Assembly (NCBI GenBank): GCA_026389715.1
Contig: JAPLHK010000029.1
Coordinates: forward strand, 1 to 40,958
Direction: 5' to 3'
Source: Chloroflexota bacterium
GTDB lineage: Bacteria > Chloroflexota > Dehalococcoidia > GIF9 > UBA5629
Length of the DNA stretch: 40,958 nt
In this document: one piece after another, positions 34,562-40,958 of the stretch
How positions within the stretch are numbered: position 1 is the stretch's first letter
Layout of the letters: the number at the start of each line of letters is the position of its first letter
Position numbers and translations under genes: made by a program
Notes under the pieces: model-generated
What the model was told of the DNA's origin: nothing
The model's database searches: none
Seen by the model: the letters and a program-made list of their open reading frames with translations, nothing else

Positions 34562-35191
34562 ATGAATGCATACTATCCAATCTTTCTTAACCTCGCGGGG
34601 AAGAAATGCGTGGTGATCGGCGGCGGGCAGGTCGCGCTGCGCAAGGTGACAACCCTGCTCGAGTACGGTGCGGAAATAACGGTCATCAGCCCCCGCCTCT
34701 GTAAAGGCCTGCGTGAAGCGGACTGCGAGGGTAAAATACAGGTCAGGCGCCGCGCTTACCAGATAGGAGATTTAGAAGGCGCCTGTATCGCCGTCATTGC
34801 AGCGGGCAACCGCAGCGTTAACCTGCATGCCTCGCTGGAGGCCAGGTGCAATAAGATACCGGTCAACGTAGTGGACGATCCGGGCCTCTCCGATTTCATA
34901 GTGCCCTCGATCGTCCGCCGCGGTAGTATATCAATTGCGATCTCAACGGCCGGTAAAAGCCCGGCCCTGGCCCGCAAGCTGCGCAGCAAACTGGAAGGTG
35001 AGCTGGATGATAAGTATGCGGAATTAGCCCTGTTAATCGAAGGGGTGCGCAGGGAGGTCAAAAACCTTAAGCTAAAAGTCAGCAGTAAACAATGGCAGGA
35101 AGCCATTGATTTAGAACTTATGCTCGACCTGATCAGGCAGGGAAACAGCCAGAAGGCGCGGGCAATTTTACTCGAGAGGCTGAGTAAATAG
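34562..35191 (+). CDS. sirC: Precorrin-2 dehydrogenase / sirohydrochlorin ferrochelatase (SirC / CysG N-terminal / Met8-like)
   Basis: MNAYYPIFLNLAGKKCVVIGGGQVALRK is the family N-terminus. ATG is at 34562. The track ORF extends upstream into the preceding gene. Confidence 0.85.
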   Translation: MNAYYPIFLNLAGKKCVVIGGGQVALRKVTTLLEYGAEITVISPRLCKGLREADCEGKIQVRRRAYQIGDLEGACIAVIAAGNRSVNLHASLEARCNKIPVNVVDDPGLSDFIVPSIVRRGSISIAISTAGKSPALARKLRSKLEGELDDKYAELALLIEGVRREVKNLKLKVSSKQWQEAIDLELMLDLIRQGNSQKARAILLERLSK

Positions 35192-36451
35192 ATGTATTTT
35201 ACCCTTACCGGAATAAACCATCATTCAGCACCGATTGAAGTCCGTGAAAGGGCAGCCATCAATACTGAGGCCCTGCCCGCCGCCTTATTGCGCCTCCGGC
35301 AGTACGCGCCCCACTCGATAATACTATCCACCTGTAACCGCACCGAGATCTATGCAGCGGGACCTCATGCCGCTGATGTCAGCGGTGCATGTACCCGTTA
35401 TCTGAGGGACGCCCTGCAAGTGACGGAGGGCAGCCTGGCGACCTATATTTACACGGCAAGCGGTGAGGCGCTTTTCCGGCATCTCTGCAGCGTAGCCTGC
35501 GGACTCGATTCAATGGTTATCGGTGAATACGAGGTACTGGGCCAGGTCAGGCAGGCATTGACCGCCGCTGAAAAAGCGGGGATGGTCAATCTGCCGCTGC
35601 GCCACCTGTTCGAGGGCGCCATCCGCAGCGGCAGGCGGGCCCGCGAGGAAACCGGCATCAGCAAGAATGCGCTATCCATCAGTTCCATCGCTGTAAATAA
35701 GGCGCTCGCTATCATAACCGATATCAGCAATGCCAAAATCATCATAATAGGAGCGGGGGAAGCCGGCAGGCTGGCACTCAGGATTGCTCGCAGCAGGGGG
35801 GCCGGTGGTCTGGTAGTCGTCAGCCGCACCGAGCAGCGGGCGGTCGGTTTAGCAGTTCAGTACGGGGCCCGGCCGGTCAGCCACGACCAGCTTATAGCTG
35901 AAATGCGCGACGCTGATATCGTTATCACCTGTGCAGCCTCCCCACACCCTGTGCTGCACTACAAGCAGGTCAGTGAAGCCATAGACGGACGCAGCGGGCT
36001 ACCCCTGGTCATACTTGATATCGCCATGCCCAGGAATGTCGAACCATCAGTGCAGGAACTACCCGGCGTGCATCTTTATAACATCGACGACCTTAACCAT
36101 ATAGCCGAGGGACACCGGCTCGAACGTGAAACGGAGGTCCGGGCAGTTGAGAGGATTATAGGGGAAGAGGTTGCCATGCTGCTGAAATGGTGGCAGTCTT
36201 ATAATGCCAGGCCTGTTATTAAGTCGCTGATGCAAAGGGCTGAGCAAATCCGTTCCAAACAATACGGCAGGTCTGTAAAAAAGCTGCCTGCTCTCTCAGG
36301 TGAAGAACGGCAGGCTATTGATTTGCTGACCAGGTCCATAGTGGACAAGATACTCAGAGAGCCGATAATGTTTCTTAAATCAGGCGCGGGCAAAGACGGC
36401 TCAGAAGTTATCAGCCGGCTTTTCGGCCTTGATGATGAAAGCGAACCATGA
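35192..36451 (+). CDS. hemA: Glutamyl-tRNA reductase
   Basis: TGINHHSAPIEVRE, the active-site motif STCNRTEIY, and the NADPH fold IIIGAGEAG. The start codon abuts the sirC stop. Confidence 0.9.
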   Translation: MYFTLTGINHHSAPIEVRERAAINTEALPAALLRLRQYAPHSIILSTCNRTEIYAAGPHAADVSGACTRYLRDALQVTEGSLATYIYTASGEALFRHLCSVACGLDSMVIGEYEVLGQVRQALTAAEKAGMVNLPLRHLFEGAIRSGRRAREETGISKNALSISSIAVNKALAIITDISNAKIIIIGAGEAGRLALRIARSRGAGGLVVVSRTEQRAVGLAVQYGARPVSHDQLIAEMRDADIVITCAASPHPVLHYKQVSEAIDGRSGLPLVILDIAMPRNVEPSVQELPGVHLYNIDDLNHIAEGHRLERETEVRAVERIIGEEVAMLLKWWQSYNARPVIKSLMQRAEQIRSKQYGRSVKKLPALSGEERQAIDLLTRSIVDKILREPIMFLKSGAGKDGSEVISRLFGLDDESEP

Positions 36452-37368
36452 AAAATAAGGTGAGTATCGGGACGAGGGGAAGCAGGCTGGCCATGATACA
36501 GGCCAACATAGTGGCCTCGGCGCTGAAGCGTGCCCACCCCACCATTGAAATAGAGATACGCAGGATAGTGACGGAGGGCGACCGCAACCGCAACATGAGC
36601 ATAGATGATGCAGGCAACACCGGCATCTTCGTCAAGGCGCTGGAAGAAGCCCTGGCAGATAAGCGCGTTGACGTCGCCGTGCACAGCCTCAAGGATATGC
36701 CAACGGAACTTCCCGGCGACATGTGCCTGGCAGCGGTGATGGAAAGGCTTGATCCCCGCGATGCGCTGGTCGCAGTTGCCCGGCTTGGCGAACTCCAGCC
36801 GGGCTCCAGGATAGGCACGGGCAGTCTGCGCCGCACCGCTCAGCTCAAAAATCTGCGCAGTGACCTGCAGGTCATTAATATACGCGGCAACGTGGACAGC
36901 CGCCTGCGCAAAGTGAACTCGGGTGAAATGCAGGGGATTATCGTTGCCGCCGCTGCCATGATAAGGCTTGGCTGGGATGATAAAATAACGGAGTACCTGC
37001 CGCTTGGGTCCTTCCTGCCTGCCGTGGGGCAGGGTGCGCTGGCCGTTGAAGCCAGGAAAGGTGACCGCGTTACACAAGAATATATGACCGTCCTGAATCA
37101 TCTTCCCACCTGGCAGGCGGTGACTGCGGAACGGGCTTTCCTGCATACTGTAGAAGGAGGCTGCCGCGCACCGGTCGCGGCACTGGCCACTGTGAATGGT
37201 CAAATACTGAATATAACCGCCATGGTAGCGGATAAAGCAGGAACAAAGATAATAAAAAAGTCACTCAAGGGTGATGCCCGGCAACCGGAGATCGCGGGAA
37301 TAAAATTGGCACAGATAATGTTGGAAGCAGGCGCAGCCTCATTGATTGCTGAGATAAGATGTCAATAA
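36448..37368 (+). CDS. hemC: Hydroxymethylbilane synthase (porphobilinogen deaminase)
   Basis: IGTRGSRLAMIQA and the cofactor Cys context EGGCRAPVAA. ATGA overlap with hemA. Confidence 0.9.
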   Translation: MKNKVSIGTRGSRLAMIQANIVASALKRAHPTIEIEIRRIVTEGDRNRNMSIDDAGNTGIFVKALEEALADKRVDVAVHSLKDMPTELPGDMCLAAVMERLDPRDALVAVARLGELQPGSRIGTGSLRRTAQLKNLRSDLQVINIRGNVDSRLRKVNSGEMQGIIVAAAAMIRLGWDDKITEYLPLGSFLPAVGQGALAVEARKGDRVTQEYMTVLNHLPTWQAVTAERAFLHTVEGGCRAPVAALATVNGQILNITAMVADKAGTKIIKKSLKGDARQPEIAGIKLAQIMLEAGAASLIAEIRCQ

Positions 37369-38885
37369 CCAAGGGGAAGGTCTACCTGATTGGCGCGGGC
37401 CCGGGCGACCCCGGGCTGATCACCCTGAAGGCTGTAAACTGCCTGGCAAAGGCAGATGTAGTGGTTTACGACTACTTAGTCAGCAGCCTTATACTTGATT
37501 ACGCGCCGGCAGCGGCGGAAAAGATCTATGCCGGTAAGATGGGAGGCAAGCATTTCGCCGAGCAGGATGAGATAAACGGCCTCCTGGTCCGGAAGGCACA
37601 CCAGGGGAAGACCGTCGCCCGGCTCAAGGGGGGCGACCCTTTTGTGCTCGGCCGCGGGGGTGAAGAGGCCGAAGTCCTGCGAAAAAATAATATCCTTTTT
37701 GAGATCGTGCCGGGCGTGACATCGGCCGTGGCCGTACCGGCCTATGCCGGTATACCGGTCACCCACCGCGGGCTGGCGTCTTCCCTGGCCATCATCACCG
37801 GCCATGAAGACCCGTCCAAGAAAAGTTCCAGCATAAGGTGGGACAAGCTGGCCACAGCTACCGACACACTGGTTATACTGATGGGCATGCAAAACCTTGC
37901 CCAGATAACGGCCCGGCTGATGGAACACGGCAGAAAAGCTTCAACCCCGGTTGCGGTAATTAAGGACGGCACGCTTCCATCGCAGGTTTGTATAACGGGC
38001 ACATTGAGAAATATCGCTGGCAGGGTAAGGCAAGCCGGACTTGAAGCTCCGGCAGTCATAGTTGTGGGAGAGGTTGCCAGGCTACGTGAAAGCCTGCGCT
38101 GGTTCGACTCCCTCCCGCTTTTCGGCAAGCGTGTCCTCGTCACCCGTGCCGGCAGCCAGGCCGGCAGCTTTGAAAAACTGCTCGCGGAGCATGGCTCCCT
38201 GCCGGTACGCTTTTCGAGCATAGAGATAAAGCCCATCACAACTTGTAAGAGATTAGACAACGCCCTTGCAAATATAAATAAATACAACTGGATCGCCTTT
38301 ACCAGTGTCAACGGCGTGGAGATATTTTTCAGCCGCCTGCGTGCTCTTGGCCTGGATTCCCGCTGCCTGTCCGGCCTGAAAATCGGCGCAATCGGGCCAA
38401 TGACCGGCCGGGCGCTGCAGAAAATGGGCATTACGCCGGATTACCTGCCTGCCGAATTTACCGGGCGGGGTTTCATCACCGGGCTGAAAAAACGGCAGGT
38501 CGGCGGGCAAATGTTCCTGCTGCCCCGCGCCGAGATAGCCGACGATGAGATATCACGGGGGCTGAAAAAACTGGGGGCTGCGGTCGATGAAATAGCCATC
38601 TACCGCACGGTGCGCCCACGCACCAATAAAAACAGGCTCCGTGAACTGCTGCTGAGGGACGGCATCGACATTGTCACCTTTACCAGTTCCTCAACCGTCA
38701 CCAACCTGCTATCCAGCCTCAGTCAAGGTGAGATCGCAGGGATACGGCCCAAAATCGCCTGCATAGGCCCGAAGACTGCCCGCACCGCTGCCGCGGCAGG
38801 TTTAAAGATAGACATAATTGCCGGGGAGCAGACCATTCCGGGGTTACTGGCAGCGATGGAAGACTATTTCAGGAAGGAGGCTTAA
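37359..38885 (+). CDS. cobA-hemD: Uroporphyrinogen-III C-methyltransferase fused to uroporphyrinogen-III synthase
   Basis: N-terminus VYLIGAGPGDPGLITLKA, plus GGDPFVLGRGGEE. The C-terminal ~250 aa are HemD-like (LFGKRVLVTR...WIAFTSVNGV...IVTFTSSSTV). Confidence 0.9.
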   Translation: MSITKGKVYLIGAGPGDPGLITLKAVNCLAKADVVVYDYLVSSLILDYAPAAAEKIYAGKMGGKHFAEQDEINGLLVRKAHQGKTVARLKGGDPFVLGRGGEEAEVLRKNNILFEIVPGVTSAVAVPAYAGIPVTHRGLASSLAIITGHEDPSKKSSSIRWDKLATATDTLVILMGMQNLAQITARLMEHGRKASTPVAVIKDGTLPSQVCITGTLRNIAGRVRQAGLEAPAVIVVGEVARLRESLRWFDSLPLFGKRVLVTRAGSQAGSFEKLLAEHGSLPVRFSSIEIKPITTCKRLDNALANINKYNWIAFTSVNGVEIFFSRLRALGLDSRCLSGLKIGAIGPMTGRALQKMGITPDYLPAEFTGRGFITGLKKRQVGGQMFLLPRAEIADDEISRGLKKLGAAVDEIAIYRTVRPRTNKNRLRELLLRDGIDIVTFTSSSTVTNLLSSLSQGEIAGIRPKIACIGPKTARTAAAAGLKIDIIAGEQTIPGLLAAMEDYFRKEA

Positions 38886-39869
38886 ATGCCGGATTACCCA
38901 GTGTCACGCTTACGCCGCCTGAGGAAGAGCGAGGCGCTCAGGTCGCTGGTCAGGGAAAACACCGTAGACGCGGGCGATTTCATTTTTCCCCTTTTCATTG
39001 TAGAAGGCAAAGGCGTTAAGAAAGAGATCGATACCATGCCCGGAATTTACCATTTCTCAGTAGATAAGCTGGGCAAAGAGACAGCTGACCTTTTGCGCCT
39101 GAGGATACCCGCGGTACTGCTTTTCGGTGTGGTCAACGCCAAGGACGAGTGGGGATCGGGCGCCTATCACCCCCGGGGAGTGGTGCAGCAGGCCATCCGT
39201 GCCATCAAGAAAGCTGCGCCCGGCTTGCTGGTGATAACAGATGTATGCCTGTGCGAATACACCAGTCACGGCCACTGCGGCGTCATCGAAAACGGTGACG
39301 TGGACAACGACAAGACCCTGCCGCTGCTGGCCAAAATGGCGCTCTCCCATGCTGAAGCGGGGGCAGACATGGTAGCGCCATCCGACATGATGGACGGCCG
39401 TGTAAAAGCCATCCGGGAGGCGCTGGACGGCAATGGATTCAACTCCCTACCCATCATGGCCTACGCTGCGAAATACGCCTCAGCTTTCTACGGTCCATTC
39501 AGGGAAGCTGCCGGCTCGGCGCCGCAGTTCGGCAACCGCAAATCATACCAGATGGACCCGCCCAATGTGCGCGAAGCCCTCAGGGAGATAGAACAGGATA
39601 TACGGGAAGGCGCCGATATCGTTATGGTCAAGCCGGCGCTCGCTTACCTCGACGTCATCCGGCGGGCGCGCGAGACTTTCAACCACCCGCTGGCGGCATA
39701 TAATGTCAGCGGCGAGTACGCCATGGTCAAAGCGGCCGCCTCCCTGGGCTGGATAGATGAAAAACGTATCGTGCTCGAGATACTCACCTCTATCAAAAGA
39801 GCGGGGGCCGATATTATCATTACGTACCACGCCAAAGAAGCCGCAACCTGGCTTGCGGAACAAGGTTAA
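38886..39869 (+). CDS. hemB: Porphobilinogen synthase (ALA dehydratase), Zn/Cys-rich type
   Basis: RLRRLR...PLF, the Cys-rich metal site [14 protein letters not shown], and the active-site context MVKPAL. Confidence 0.9.
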   Translation: MPDYPVSRLRRLRKSEALRSLVRENTVDAGDFIFPLFIVEGKGVKKEIDTMPGIYHFSVDKLGKETADLLRLRIPAVLLFGVVNAKDEWGSGAYHPRGVVQQAIRAIKKAAPGLLVITDVCLCEYTSHGHCGVIENGDVDNDKTLPLLAKMALSHAEAGADMVAPSDMMDGRVKAIREALDGNGFNSLPIMAYAAKYASAFYGPFREAAGSAPQFGNRKSYQMDPPNVREALREIEQDIREGADIVMVKPALAYLDVIRRARETFNHPLAAYNVSGEYAMVKAAASLGWIDEKRIVLEILTSIKRAGADIIITYHAKEAATWLAEQG

Positions 39870-39875
39870 ACTGTT

Positions 39876-40958
39876 ATGAAAAAAACGCAGGTATCAAAGC
39901 GGTTATTCAAGGAAGCCCGGCGCGTGCTGCCGGGCGGCGTGGACAGCCCTGTGCGGGCCTACAAGGCGGTCGGCGGCACACCCCGCTTTATCGTCAGGGG
40001 CAGGGGTTCGAAACTTTACGACGCCGACGGAAACCGTTATATCGATTATGTGGGCTCATGGGGTCCGCTCATACTCGGCCACGCTGACAAACGGGTGACC
40101 TCCGCCGTGAAACTCACGGTCATTCGGACAGCCTGCTGGTCAGCGGCGGTTCGGGCATGGCCACGCTGGGCATCCCCGATTCTCCAGGCGTACTCAGGCA
40201 GGCCGCCCGCTATACACTGGTAGCCGCTTATAACGACATACAATCAGTACAGCGCCTGTTTGACGAATATCCTGGTGAAATCGCGGCCGTTATCGTCGAA
40301 CCGGTAGCGGCAAATATGGGAGTCGTCCAACCGGCGAGGGGCTTCCTCGGGAGCCTGCGCAGACTTACCAAAAAATACGGTGCGCTGCTGATCTTCGATG
40401 AGGTGATCACAGGGTTCCGTATCGATTACGGGGGAGCGCAGGGGCTCTTCAGCATAAAGCCCGATATTACCTGCCTGGGTAAAATCATCGGCGGTGGGCT
40501 GCCCGTGGGAGCTTACGGAGGAAGGCGGGACATAATGAAGATGATGGCTCCCGAGGGCCAGGTCTACCAGGCCGGCACTTTGTCCGGCAATCCGCTGGCC
40601 ATGACAGCCGGCATTGAAACGCTGCGCAAACTGAATGATGAGCGGGTTTACCGCCAGTTGGAGGAAAGAACAACCGCCCTGCAGGAGGGAATAGCTGCGG
40701 CAGCCTGCCAGGCCTGCATACCGCTCAGCATAGCGCGGGCAGGTTCGCTACTGACGGTGTTTTTCAGCGGAGGCGAAGTATCGGACTACTCTTCGGCACG
40801 CAGTTGCGATACCGGCCTTTTCGCGAAGTTCTTCAACTCTTTGCTCAACGACGGGATCTACTGGCCGCCATCGCAATTCGAAGCCGCCTTCGTCTCACTG
40901 GCCCACAGCCCGCAGGACATAGAAACTACAATCCGGGCAGCAGGCAAAGCATTTAAGA
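39876..40958 (+). pseudogene. hemL: Glutamate-1-semialdehyde 2,1-aminomutase, disrupted by an internal deletion plus frame change; the 3' end runs off the window
   Basis: Frame A (39876..40223) reads [12 protein letters not shown]...[20 protein letters not shown] and then nonsense to a stop. A second frame, open from 40088, reads [25 protein letters not shown]...DEVITGFR...[17 protein letters not shown]... to the window end. About 66 family-conserved residues between the two parts are absent, including the NSGTEA region. Confidence 0.7.

Noticed and set aside
36199-37203. A 334-aa antisense ORF across hemA/hemC. Similar long antisense ORFs occur at 35449..35829, 37742..38431 and 31581..32105.
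   Set aside because: They lie opposite well-supported heme genes in GC-rich sequence. They have Arg/Pro/Gly-rich low-complexity compositions and no RBS.
1-40958. A search by eye for CRISPR arrays, tRNA/rRNA genes, IS elements, integrases, toxin-antitoxin genes or defence-type genes (nucleases, helicases, methyltransferases).
   Set aside because: I found no spaced direct repeats, cloverleaf-like segments, terminal inverted repeats or such ORFs. The window appears to be core metabolic chromosome rather than an accessory island.

Overview
This is a densely coding chromosomal segment, apparently from an anaerobic bacterium. The taxon cannot be determined from this sequence alone. GC content is moderate, RBSs are AGGAGG-type, and many gene junctions overlap by 1-4 nt. 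I found about 36 credible CDS and, by eye, no rRNA, tRNA, CRISPR array, transposase or integrase.

Gene order, left to right:
- xylulokinase and an amidase
- a DUF47 protein, an orphan RsbW-like kinase and a CDF transporter
- a tail-anchored repeat protein with a clean terminator
- a crotonase and a small PAS protein
- two tandem HdrD-like Fe-S/CCG proteins
- a 10-gene minus-strand operon: dsrE2/3-like, arsR, tusA, mvhD, a 909-aa HdrA carrying an inserted GltD-like NAD(P)H module (HdrL type), hdrA, a 69-aa wHTH ORF, hdrC, hdrB, dsrE
- a divergent DUF134-NifX fusion gene with a consensus promoter and a palindrome
- an acyl-CoA ligase
- larB-larE-larC with no larA
- a divergent cluster of a GSA-aminomutase-like enzyme, a PanE-like reductase, a BKACE enzyme and an MFS transporter
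- an HTH regulator translationally coupled to a complete siroheme-dependent (Ahb) heme operon: ahbC, an ahbD-ahbA-ahbB triple fusion, sirC, hemA, hemC, cobA-hemD, hemB and hemL. The hemL gene carries an internal deletion of about 200 nt with a frame change.

The best candidates for undescribed biology are the hybrid Hdr/MvhD/HdrL plus TusA/DsrE operon, the AhbD-AhbAB fusion, the orphan lar genes next to the BKACE cluster, and the DUF134-NifX regulator. I saw no defence-like or mobile system. All functional calls come from motif and family recognition by eye, and no database search was run.
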